Source: Selaginella moellendorffii
Taxonomy: Eukaryota > Plantae > Lycopodiophyta
Assembly: GCF_000143415.4 (NCBI RefSeq)
Contig: NW_003314299.1
Location: 420,229 to 484,228 of the forward strand
Length of the DNA: 64,000 bases
Direction: 5' to 3'
The notes beneath the pieces were generated by a model. It worked only from the letters and a program-made list of their open reading frames with translations. It was not told the origin of the DNA and ran no database searches. Of this stretch, positions 11,305-23,490 are shown piece after piece (position 1 is the first letter of the stretch; each line of letters begins with the position of its first letter). Position numbers and translations under genes: made by a program.

Positions 11305-12900
11305 TGTAAATCTCAAAAGGAAGTTATTGTTTTGGTGGCTAGAGAATTGGGGCCATGCATCGAATCAATGGTTTGTTGCTAGCTCTCACCCCATACAAAT
11401 GGAATGTTGTGTTGTACTAGAGCTATTAAAGGCCATAAACATGCAACATAGTTCTGGAGGAAATGGTGAAAAAACTTGTTTGCCTGAGAAAGCCACGAAG
11501 TTGTTTCAATTTGGTTGGTAGGGACTGATCCAAAATCTCACCAACCTTGGCCATTTGGGGCTTGATCCCATCATGTGAGACATCAAATCCTAGCAACTAG
11601 CCTTCAATCACCTTGAACTTACACTTTGCCAGACTCAAAGAAAACTTATATTGTCGGTAGCGAGTGAAAATCTGCTCCAATTGCAAAAGGTGGCCATCAA
11701 AAGAATTGGAGGTCATGCACAAATCATCCATATACACCCTCAAGGCCTCTCCAATCAAGTCGTGAAAGGTATGGGTCATAAAGCATTGAAATAAACCAAA
11801 TGGTAGGACGTTGAAAGTGAAAATGCCCCAAGGTGTCTGAAAGGCTATAAGATCTCGGTGATTGGGATGAATGAAGATCTAATTGTACCCTAAAAAACCA
11901 TCCATGAAAGAATAGTAATAGTGTCCAGCCATCTTATCCACAATCACATCAATAAATGGCATTGGGAAGTGATCTTTTGCAATTGCCTTATTCAAATCTC
12001 AAAAGTCAACATAGAGGCAAAATTTTCCATTTGCCTTGTATGCAATGATGAGATTGGCCACCCACTCTAAGTTCTCCAAAGGTAAATAAAGTTGGCTGCC
12101 AGAAGTCACTCGATCTCCAACTTCATCTTCACATAAGCTGCCGGGTGAAATACTGCATCTTTTGATAGACTAGTTTGTTTGACTCTGAAAGCACAATGCT
12201 GTGAATGATTGTGTCCATAGAGACTCCTAAAAGCTTGTTGTAGTTCCAAGCAAATACATCCTTGAAATAATGAAGGAGATCCAAGAGCTTTGCTAGGTTT
12301 GTTGAAGTAAGCAATGTGGCAATAAAGTCCTTGTCACTATTGAGGAAAATAACACAAGTCCTAGAGCCTAGAGGGACCTTGGGCTCAAGGGGCTTATGTA
12401 TCTCAAACTCCTCCATTGTTTGCCTTTCGCATTGTGGTGATTGCTTCATGTAATAATCTTTTTACCCAAAAGTTTTTTTCACGAAGGACAGTTTGAAAAG
12501 TTATATGAAAGAACTCATCCTTCAAGTTGACTGCATGCTGCCATAGCTCTTTCAGGTTCTCTTTGTAGACATGGTATTCTCCAGTAAGTTGGCATGTGAT
12601 GAGTTGCACATCTCTAATGAAAGTGGCTTGCTTAAATTTGAAATCTGCTACCAACTTCATGGTATCAATAGCTGCCAAGAACTCCACTTCATTAGCTGAT
12701 GTTTTTAGCAAAGTACTAGAGAGGTTGGCTACTTTGTTCTTAGTAGAATCAATCATCCAAACTCTAATGCATTCAAACTCTAATGCATTTACATTTTGTA
12801 CATATGCCTTATTAGCATATTTAAACACTTTCCATAAATAGTTAATAGAACTTAATGAAACTATCATATGAGGTATGATGGTGAGGTGTTTAATGGATAG
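11300..12900 (-). mobile_element. Degenerate non-chromoviral Ty3/Gypsy (Tat-like) relic with an additional RNase H (aRH) upstream of RT
   Basis: Minus-strand DHFPMPFID...SFMDGFLGYN...PFGL...VYMDDL (RT, about 11600-12050). Upstream in the element, ANEVEFLAAI...DVQLITCQLTGEYHV...TFQTVLREKN (aRH-like, 12460-12700). Confidence 0.8.
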
Positions 12901-12972
12901 TATGTTATCATAAAGCAATTTTAAAGGACTAGAATTTAATATGCAAAGGTTTTTCTGAAGTTAGTGTAAGAT

Positions 12973-14120
12973 TGTAGCGCACGTGGTTTTTGACCCTTTA
13001 TCCTATGGTGATTTACCATAGGATAACACCACGAAGCGGAACCTAAACCCTCTTTGTGCCACGTGACAGATGCCACGTGTCACATGCCACGTGTCCATGC
13101 CACGTGTCCATAGGAACCCAAGGTTCAAGGCCTTGGGCCACTGAACAAAGGAACGGTGCCAAACTCCCAAGCATGGAGCCAAGGAGTGACGAAACCGAAC
13201 CATGGAGCAACTCCCGAGCATAAAGCCCAAGGAGCGAAGGGACAGGAGCCCGGAGCGACTTGGAACAGTCCTGGAGCAACCAGCATCCCAATGCCAAGAC
13301 CAGCATGCAAAACGGAGCCAAACGGAGTCTGGCGCTATTTCGGCATACCGGTGGCCTAACGTGAGGACAAGGGTACTCCACCAACTAGCATGGAATGGAA
13401 CTTGGGCTTAGACCCAAGCCGGACGCAGAACAAGGACAGGCACGCAAGCGGGAGCTAGACTATGCCTCAGGTTGGTCGGCCATGCCCGACCTACCCACTA
13501 TCCCTACTATACATTTGGAACCCCCCATAGCCCCCCCCCCTTGAGGAACACACGCTTTGGGCTTTCACCCCAAGCCTCCCTTAGTATCAGGAGTTAGTCT
13601 CTGGGACAAGCTCGAAACTTACTAAATATGGAATGTCCCTAGATTGCGAATTTGGACACGAGACGAACACTATTGTGTTCAGGACAATCTCTACATTCCG
13701 TAGATATGCCAAATGAGCAAATCTGGACACTTTCCACAAATAGCATTTGGGACCGAAATGAGACTAACACAAAGGGCATGATAGCGAGGGTGTTTGGCAG
13801 ACACGGTAAGCTATCATCCAGCGATATTGAGGGACCAATCTCAATACGCGAGGGTTCTTGTCAAGCCAGTGCAAGACAGAGCAAAAGAGAACTAACAAGC
13901 CGGGCCAAGTATGCTCAGCTAAATAGACACTTAGGAATTCCTTCCTTATGCTCATCCGGCCAAGTACAGATGCAAAGTCCAGTTTACTAACACTTGAACA
14001 AGAGGGGCCAATAAAGGGAACCAGCAGTACCGACCTCCTGCCATCGTGGCAGTAAGGTAAGAGTGTCCGTAAGGACTAGTCGACAGGTAACTTTCGATAC
14101 CCGAAGTCACATGCGCGACA
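12973..14120 (-). repeat. 3' LTR of the 12973-20245 element
   Basis: Direct repeat of 19098-20245, with three substitutions found by eye. The adjacent 14121-14133 reads as a purine tract (AGGGGGGGAGAG) on the minus strand. Confidence 0.95.
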
Positions 14121-17100
14121 CTCTCCCCCCCTAGGGAAGATCGACGTCCTCGTCGATGCATACTCGAGTCTAGAATACCGCCAAGGAAGCAACTCCAGAA
14201 AAAGTTCACGGTACTCACACTATGTGAGAAATGCACCAACTTAAATGAGTTAGGGGGCAACCTCTTTGTCTAACGCGGATGCGCTACCAGCTCAGACACC
14301 TTCCAGCCGTCGCCGACAAGGAAATGACCAACGGAGTTAGCCACCCTTGCTGCTCTGGGAGTCACCCAGCTTACAAAAGTGTGATATGCCCTGCCCGCAG
14401 AGACAAAGAGAGAGGAGCCAGGAGCCCCAACCCTCCTGAGCAAAGAAACCAAACCCGTCGGTAAGGTTTAGATAGACTACTGTAAACAGGCAGTTAGAGT
14501 TGTTTACACGGTCACGCCCTTTCAACGGAATAAGGAACATCGACAAAGAGGCGGGTTATGTGACCAGTCGACAGTAGCTACCCCATGACTAGAGATTTCA
14601 CCATGCACACGAAGTGCCGAAGCCAGTCTGCCCATTACTGGCCCAAACTCAAAGATCAAGAGATGGACAATATCAAAGTCATAGACAATGATATCTTAGA
14701 GTCTTAATTATCAGTGAATAAATCTTTGATTAGAACACACATGTATTCCAAGTAAGTTATCATCCGATAAACCAATAGTAAAGCATGGGAACCACCAAGA
14801 TCATCATAATTGGTAAATATAGGAATCATCATCCAACAAAATTCAATAGCAAGTATATCATCAAGAACACTCAATGATGAAACTTCATTATCGAAGATGG
14901 TAGATAGTATGCCAAACAACTTACTAAAGATAACTCAAAGAACACAAAGTATCATTGACTGACAGGCAAGATGCTCGCGAATGTATCACCCGAAGGAAAT
15001 AACATCCCAACCTATCAGAACTAACTCGAGCAATAATCAACAGAACAGAATGAATGCGGTAAGACCAACAAACACCCATTCATGCCAACTATCACACTAG
15101 CCAATCCAAATAGATCCCAGCCAACAACACCAAGGAACTCAAGTTGCCTAAGCAAGTGTTAGCAACATCCTTTTGATGTCTCAAACCCAAGAGACCAATC
15201 CAGAGCAAATCACAAAGAACATGTGATATTGCAAAAAGCCACAAGCCATCAAAGAGAACAACTAACTATCACGAAAGATCATCAATCATCCCATCAATAA
15301 AGAGATGCATAATCATCGTCTAAGAAAGAATCCACTATCTCAAAGAGCAGTGAATCATTCTATATCAACAACAACCAAGCAAAACCCTTGACAAGGATAA
15401 TCAACTATCTTAGATGATAATTAATCATCACCAATGATTGCCAGATGCAAATACTAACTTCATCGAAGCTAACAAGCCAAAATGCCCTCCCCAACAACTT
15501 CTAACAAATGGAACAACGAGCATAAAGCTCAAAGAACCAAAAGCTTGAAGAAGTCTATGGCTAAGTCTTTCCTAACAATGATCACAAGTTTCGCATGAAC
15601 TAACTTCAATGCTAAAGAAGAAATTATAGTTCAACCCACAATATCCTCCTCAACACATCCATAAGCTAAACTTCATAATGCCTAGCTAATGAAGAGCATG
15701 TCTGCATCAATCCAAAAGCTAAGCATAACGAAGCTATGCTGGACAAGTGATCACCAAACGATCCTCCATGAATCCATCCATAGCAAGACGTAACTCACTT
15801 CATAACAAGCACAAAAAGAATCATCAATGATCAGTATATTTCAACTAAAATCCCATAAGGATTCAAATATTCCAATATCGATCACTAACTCTCCCATTTG
15901 TAGAGTTAGCATAGTCCATGACTAAATCACTTTTCAAGGAAAAGCCAAAGCTCAACCCCTACTAAATAATCTCGTCTGGACACAACTAACTCAAACTTGC
16001 CACTTGGTTCGTTTGAACGTCAACATAGTTGCGAACTAGCAAATGTACGAATGCCAATAACACAAAGCCATAGCCAAATCATCAACACTATCTTCATTAA
16101 GACTAATGAAACTCGACATCAATCTTGCGGAGAGACATCTCATTTCACTTAAATCTCAACATCAACAATGTCAACGACAAGGCATCACCTCAGTGCCACC
16201 AACACTAGAACAAAGTTAGAAGAAAGCACGAGTGAATCACCACTCAAAGCCTTCTAGCAACTAAGCTAACCAAAGTCAAAGACACTTAACTCAGTATCCG
16301 AGACCAATCCCTCAACAATACTCTACTACAGATAACACTTCCTCAAAGAGTGAATCACCACGTCCAAGACTCAATGAAATCCAACATTATGAACTAAACG
16401 CAACCAAATGATATTGACAGAGATAGAGTCAACATGCCAACATGGAAAACCCATGTAAGTCTAACGACACGATCCTCCGCAACACCATCCGGCAAAGCAA
16501 GCCCATCACTGCTAAATCATCATCGAGTGAAGCAAGTGTCATAGTCTTTCGACAAAGTTTACAAGCAATCACTAGTCACAAAGCAACTAACAATCACCCC
16601 TCAACTTGCCTTCACAAGACTCAAACACTAAACTCATGCCATCAAGTCATATACTTGTCCAACATGAACGTGATACCCCAGGTCAAGATAAACGTTCATG
16701 GGCAAGCACAAACTAAATGACCACTCAACTCCAACTCAACCGCAATAAGCTCACTAATGCATTTAGCCAACAGCTCTGAGCATGCCTTGAAGAGGCTAGC
16801 TATGCATGATCAACACTCAGCCGAAACTAAAGTGAAGACCATGAGATGGACTCATATCGGTACACAACCTCCTCATAGACAAAGCTATAATACGGGTACC
16901 AACATCTTAAACTCAAACAACTAAGTTGAACATCACCATCCTTAGCCAAGGCGCAGGGCCACCAAGACCAAATCAAGATCAGTGAGAGCTCACTACTCTC
17001 ATAGAGTCTAACGAAATGCAAAGTGCAACCTGCCACCAAGCATAACGCTACAAAAGAAAGGTACAAGGGTCACCTTTCTCAGAAAAGTGCAACAACCACT

Positions 17101-19084
17101 TTTCTACATTAACTCCAGACTCTATCCAACTCAATTGCCTTAGCCCCAAAAGTCAGCATCCCTTTCAGGCCGCATCATACAAACTACATACTAAGGTTTA
17201 AGCCAACTGAAGTCAACTCCAACCCCTTCACTAGTTTGTACTGGCTTACGAAAACGGAATGGTTTTCGGACAAAGTGATAATAGATCAGCTATTGGAAAA
17301 GTCTAAGAAAATTTTGTGGAAAATTTCCATCCCAGAGAAAGAATGACTCTCAGTCCAGGAATACAAACTTTCAAGACTCAACCAACTTCCTCCTACTAAC
17401 AACTTCACATAGGTTCACCTCAACACAAATTCTCATGATCCATAGTACGCTTAAGCCTCGAACATCTCTTTGCCCATTCTTTCAACATCCAACATAGACG
17501 TCCGCAGAATGCAAAATGAACATCTAAAGCTTGATCACGGAGACCATATCTTCGGATATTCAAATTGCACTAACACTCTTCTTCAACCACCTTCAAGATC
17601 CAATGTAAAGCCAAAACATTAACAAGAAAAATGACATGGAAAATCAAGCTCTAAGGAAACTTCCTCATCACTTAAAATAACAATGCCACTTCCACTAACA
17701 CAAGTGCTAGTGATATTAATGTCTTAACTACACACCTTCTCCATCCAACAATCTACTCCAAGTGCTAACGGATCAACTAATGAGCTATAGCAAATGCTAC
17801 AACCCTTTCCAACACCTAATGGGCAAACTCTCAAAGGAATAACGTACCAACTTAAGCTTAGCATAATGGACCACTATCGAGAATCCCGTCAAAACTACTA
17901 CCATGCTACTACTTGCAAGTAGACTAGCTTCTCCATCAACCACTTTGGGGTTGATCATCGTTTAACCAAGCAACTTCGTAAACACATTGCTCATCATCAC
18001 ATGGATATGATATGGAAATCACAATGATTTGATCATCAATTGAGCAATACCACGAGCGATGTCTATGTCATTACTTTAAAGGTTTATGTGAGTATCAAGT
18101 GCAAACTCGATTCGACAAAATGCAACATAGATGCCACACTCCACCGATAGAGACTTACAACACCCAACACCACTAACTTTTGTTCACAACACGGACAAGC
18201 TCATGCCACTCTCTTTCCGACCAAACTCAAAACTAATCCAGCACCAAGCTACTCAAGGAGCAATAGCAAGGTTCCCCGAAAAAGAATTGAGCATTGCAAC
18301 CCAAATCTCCCAATAGCAAGCCTAGACAAAATGGTTTAGCGCTTCACCGCTATCCATCCCATAACTCACCATTTGTAAGACCATCATCTCCAAGATGCAT
18401 CAAGGTAGGGACTCTTGATTGCATGATGTGAACACGAGCAATGAGTTAACACATCGTTGCAAATTATCTCTCCAAGAAGAGAAGATGATTTACGTGTTTG
18501 ATCCTTCGCCCCTGATGACTCTCTTTTCGGTCTCATCTTTGACTAAACCTCAAGCTTGCTTTCGCACTGCCTTCAGTCCAATCCAAGAAAAGTTTACGAG
18601 AGAGCACAGCAACAATTACTTGAATCAATTGACTCATCCCTACAATCTTGATTGATCCACTCGTAACCATGCCTAGGAAGGATCCACTAGTGCTGTGCTA
18701 AACAGCTACGGACCAGCCTATTTGCCACTCATAGCAAACCCAGGGAAAGTTTGCTTTCACCCATGGTACATGGAACAACTCATGGAACCACCGATAGGCT
18801 AACATTAATCCTGCCAACTCAAAGTGTAACCTCAAGTTGCTAATGTGCCTCACTCACGAGCCCAAGCTCAAACTCGTGTAACCGGAACAACTCAAATCCT
18901 TTTTGTGAGCCCAATGCTCAAGCTCACAAAATATGGTACAACAAGGTAACCAAAACCATACCCAAGGAACGAATGTGAACCCTTTGCACCAAACGTGTAC
19001 CCACTCGGATCATCGTTTTCATCTCTGCGTATGCAACGAGACTAGTTGCCCAATCTCATTGAATAGAACTCGCTGAGACTCATC

Positions 19085-19095
19085 CTCTGATACCA
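19085..19095 (-). other. Primer-binding site complementary to the 3' end of initiator tRNA-Met
   Basis: TGGTATCAGAG on the minus strand directly inside the 5' LTR. Confidence 0.9.
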
Positions 19096-19097
19096 AA

Positions 19098-20245
19098 TGT
19101 AGCGCACGTGGTTTTTGACCCTTTATCCTATGGTGATTTACCATAGGATAACACCACGAAGCAGAACCTAAACCCTCTTTGTGCCACGTGACAGATGCCA
19201 CGTGTCACATGCCACGTGTCCATGCCACGTGTCCATAGGAACCCAAGGTTCAAGGCCTTGGGCCACTGAACAAAGGAACGGTGCCAAACTCCCAAGCATG
19301 GAGCCAAGGAGTGACGAAACCGAACCATGGAGCAACTCCCGAGCATAAAGCCCAAGGAGCGAAGGGACAGGAGCCCGGAGCGACTTGGAACAGTCCTGGA
19401 GCAACCAGCATCCCAATGCCAAGACCAGCATGCAAAACGGAGCCAAACGGAGTCTGGCGCTATTTCGGCATACCGGTGGCCTAACGTGAGGACAAGGGTA
19501 CTCCACCAACTAGCATGGAATGGAACTTAGGCTTAGACCCAAGCCGGACGCAGAACAAGGACAGGCACGCAAGCGGGAGCTAGACTATGCCTCAGGTTGG
19601 TCGGCCATGCCCGACCTACCCACTATCCCTACTATACATTTGGAACCCCCCATAGCCCCCCCCCCTTGAGGAACACACGCTTTGGGCTTTCACCCCAAGC
19701 CTCCCTTAGTATCAGGAGTTAGTCTCTGGGACAAGCTCGAAACTTACTAAATATGGAATGTCCCTAGATTGCGAATTTGGACACGAGACGAACACCATTG
19801 TGTTCAGGACAATCTCTACATTCCGTAGATATGCCAAATGAGCAAATCTGGACACTTTCCACAAATAGCATTTGGGACCGAAATGAGACTAACACAAAGG
19901 GCATGATAGCGAGGGTGTTTGGCAGACACGGTAAGCTATCATCCAGCGATATTGAGGGACCAATCTCAATACGCGAGGGTTCTTGTCAAGCCAGTGCAAG
20001 ACAGAGCAAAAGAGAACTAACAAGCCGGGCCAAGTATGCTCAGCTAAATAGACACTTAGGAATTCCTTCCTTATGCTCATCCGGCCAAGTACAGATGCAA
20101 AGTCCAGTTTACTAACACTTGAACAAGAGGGGCCAATAAAGGGAACCAGCAGTACCGACCTCCTGCCATCGTGGCAGTAAGGTAAGAGTGTCCGTAAGGA
20201 CTAGTCGACAGGTAACTTTCGATACCCGAAGTCACATGCGCGACA
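19098..20245 (-). repeat. 5' LTR of the 12973-20245 element
   Basis: TGTCGCGCAT...GTGCGCTACA on the minus strand, followed after 2 nt by the PBS. Confidence 0.95.
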
Positions 20246-20630
20246 AAGATAGAGTAAAAGAGAGTTAAAAACCAGATTAAGTATTTTTAGCAAAAAACAC
20301 ATAAGAGTTCCTAAATATAGATGTTAACCCTAATTTACTAAACAAAAAAAGGGATCTAGCAATATTAATTTTTTGCTATTGTGGCAATAAAAGAAAAAAA
20401 TTCAAAAGGATTCACAAATAACTAATTTTTGATACCCACAGTCACATTTGCAATACTTTTATACTTTTTGTTATGTCAATTTTCCTACAAAAATCTTAAA
20501 CATATTTTTCAATAGTTAATTCATGTGCTCTTTACCTAATTGATTGTGAATGCTTATCACTATTCATGTGCAACTTAGTTTTTTACGTTTTAAAAACTAT
20601 TTGCCAAAACTTGGATGTGAACTTGGGATC

Positions 20631-20918
20631 TTAATCACTCATAATATCATCTAACAAACCAAGTAACCAATATACAAATGTTTGAGCAAATTTCAAAACT
20701 TTAATTTCAAGGAAGAAATGAACCATTTTTGTCAAACAATCCATAACAATTAAGATAGCATCATTTTCTGTCCTTACAAGGGCTGTGAGACCAACAACTT
20801 TCTCATAACTCCAACTAATAATCAACTTCATACCTATCATAAATTTGGTATGTTTAACATACCAATCAAACATGGAATGGATCTTATGAGCTTGGAAATG
20901 CTCAAGAGATTGAGACAT
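20631..20918 (-). mobile_element. Short decayed Ty3/Gypsy integrase fragment
   Basis: DAILIVMDCLTKMVHFF resembles the Gypsy integrase DSIxVVVDRLTKMAHF motif. Confidence 0.55.
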
Positions 20919-20925
20919 TAGTCCC

Positions 20926-21324
20926 CTAAGGATGAGGGAATGAAACCTGTAAGCTTGGGAGAACTAGGCTTTTTAGTTGCCCAAGGGAGGAAGGAATGGA
21001 GCCAAAAAACAAGCTTGCTTTGAGATTCAAGACGAGGAGTTTCTCGAGCTTGGTGAGGAACGACGGAATGCTGCCCGAGCTGTCGGCCCTTTCAAGGATG
21101 AGGTACCCCAAGCTGGTAAGTTTCCCAACTATGGATGGAATCGGTTCCTCAAATCTATAACCTGTCAGATCCAGCATTTGCAGTGTGGATGCAAGTTGAC
21201 CAAGCAGTGGTCTGGAGAAGAAGTTCCCTCCCAACTCGAGAACTTCCAGCTGACGCAGCTTACCAAAGGCAGGAGGTACGGGACCATCCATGGCGTATGA
21301 AGCTTTGAGAAACAACTTCATCAT
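20926..21324 (-). pseudogene. Plant extracellular-type LRR fragment (about 4 repeats, from a receptor-like kinase or protein)
   Basis: GPVPPAFGKLRQLEVLELGGN, PIPSIVGKLTSLGYLIL and GSIPSFLTKLEKLLVLNL match the LxxLxxLxLxxNxLxGxIP consensus. No signal peptide, TM or kinase is present. Confidence 0.8.
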
Positions 21325-21479
21325 TGAACGTTGTGGTTTTAATCGTTACTTTTGGAGGTTTGTTCTTTACATTCTTTGTTTGTTGCATGTCCATTGCAGC
21401 AGTAAAGCCCGCCACAGCATTCAAGGTCGAAATAGCCACTGACACTGCTGCAAGGGTGCGCTTTGCATCAAACGGGAAG

Positions 21480-23037
21480 ATCAAGATGTATGGCAAGCTT
21501 TCAAGAGTCAAGGATGCTCGGCAAGTTTTCGATCGCATGCGTAACAAGGACTCGGTGTCTTGGTTCTTGATGCTAGCTGTGTATGCACAAAATGGTCATA
21601 TGGAAGAGGCCAAGCTGATGTTTTCCCAAATGCCAGAGAGGAGTTTGATTTCTTTCAATATGATGTTATCTTCGTTTGGTCGGTGTGGATGTGTACAAGA
21701 AGCTTACAAAATCTTTAACAACATGCCTCACAGGGATTTAGTGTCTTGGAACGCCGTGACCTTTGCGTATGCCCACAATGGGTATATCAACGAGACGGTT
21801 CAGGTGTTTGATGCCATGCCCGAGAGAGATATGATCTGCATGCGAATAATAGAAATTTGGAAAAAGCTAAGAACATCTTTGAGAAAATGCCAGAAAGAGA
21901 TCTAGCTGCTTGGAACTGTATGCTGAATGCATATTCCCAAAGCGGGTATCCGCAGGAGGCAAGGCGTGTGTTTTATTCTATGCCTCAGAGAAGTCCCATT
22001 TCCTGGACTGTGATGTTAAACCTCTCTGCCGCAAATTCTAGTTTACAAGAAACAAAGAATATATTCGAAGCCATTCCAGAAATTAATCTAGTTTCGTGTA
22101 CGTCAATGATTTCTGCATATGCCCAGTCAGGGTATCTCTTGGAAGCTAAATCATTATTTGATAGAATGCCATGCTGGAACATTGTAACATGGACCGAGAT
22201 GCTGGCAGCATCTTCATGGCCGAGGACATCTTTCAAAAAATGCCATTCACGCATGCAACGCCATGCTAACCGGATATGCCCACGCTGGCAAAGTTGAGCA
22301 GGCAAAGTGTATATTTGACAAAATGCCATGTTGGAGTTTAGTATCGTGGAGTTCACTGCTGTATGCCTTCGCAGGATCAAGAGATATGGACTTGACATGA
22401 CGATTTTTCGATAAAATGCCATACCAGCAGCTAGTTTCCTGGAACACCATGCTTGATGCTTATGCCCAAAACGGGTATATGGCAGAAGCAAGGGTCATGT
22501 TCAATGCAATGGTAGAGAAGGACGTAATTTCTTGGACTATAATGCTTGCTGGCTATGGCCTTAGTGGCCAGAGTTTATTTGCAAGAAAAATATTTGCCCA
22601 GATGCCAGGGAAGAATGAAGCTTCTTGGGATGCAATGCTCACTGCATGTACCCAAGCAGGGGAATCGGTTTCTGTGTCACACTATGCAGATGGCCGGCAT
22701 TTACAACCAAGTTGGATTTGTCTCCGCTCTCAATGCTCACGGCCAAGTTGGTAGTGTTAAATGTGCTAGAAGTTGCTTTGTTTCGATGGCTTTTGACTGT
22801 GGCATTCAGCCATGTCACCAGCATTACTCCTGCATAATCGATGGCTTAGCAAGAGCTGGTTACATTGACAATGCAAGAGAACTCATCGAAAACATGCCAT
22901 TTGTTCCCACTTCTTTGGATTGGCTCAGAGCCTCGAGTGTGGAACCTGTGTATCAAAATGGGTGTCTGGAATTGCGAGCAGCAGAGCTATGTATCCTCTC
23001 TTGGCAAATGTATGGGCTTGGCATTGATAGGATCTAA
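21480..23037 (+). pseudogene. PPR-B, longest copy (PLS/E type), frameshifted
   Basis: IKMYGKLSRVKDARQVFDRM... followed by 31-aa motifs split across ORFs 21324, 21857, 22416 and 22546, ending in an E-like region. Confidence 0.9.
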
Positions 23038-23490
23038 GGAAAAAATAACTGCTGTAAGACTAGAAGTACCAATTGCGTTTCATGCTTGATAAATTCAAAT
23101 ATTGATAAAATGGGAAAAAAAAACAAATCATTTGTCTATATAACACCTAGGATCTGAGCGTGGACCTCCTGGACCAAATCACCAGGGGCTCTGAGAGATC
23201 GCGAGCAACTTCAATCAGACAGATACCTTGCAATACGGTGTGTGGAAAGTGCAGCAGGCGAAAATTGTGTTTGCTGATCCGCTGAGGTGTTTGATTCTAT
23301 GCGAATGTTCTCAAAACTCTTCATCAAAAACTATCAAACGAGCAATGTTTAATGCCTGACGACGACCATGATAGGTACTAACAAAGCAAATATTCCTTTG
23401 CGTCACGATGCTCACACGAAGCTCTTCGGAGCGATGGAGATGGAACGCAATGCCCTCGTCATGGCAGCATGGGGCTACCTTCTTTGCAAT

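Larger units (their letters stand above)
12973..20245 (-). mobile_element. Complete young non-autonomous LTR retrotransposon (LARD-like) with 5-bp TSD AAGAT
   Basis: Two 1148-bp LTRs with TG...CA ends, TSD AAGAT at 12968-12972 and 20246-20250, PBS and PPT on the minus strand, and a 5-kb interior with no long ORF. Confidence 0.95.

Noticed and set aside
13057-13107. Regularly spaced short repeats resembling a CRISPR-like array
   Set aside because: Units are 9 bp with 4-5 bp spacers inside a eukaryotic LTR, and no cas genes are present.
13003-13990. Short ORFs repeated at 13.0-14.0, 19.1-20.1, 55.6-55.9 and 61.6-63.9 kb
   Set aside because: They lie inside LTRs and recur only because the LTR is repeated. 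The frames are not preserved in diverged copies.
16060-16140. Possible RT-like trace (KID..FH) on the minus strand of the LARD-like interior
   Set aside because: Too weak to call by eye; it needs a profile search.
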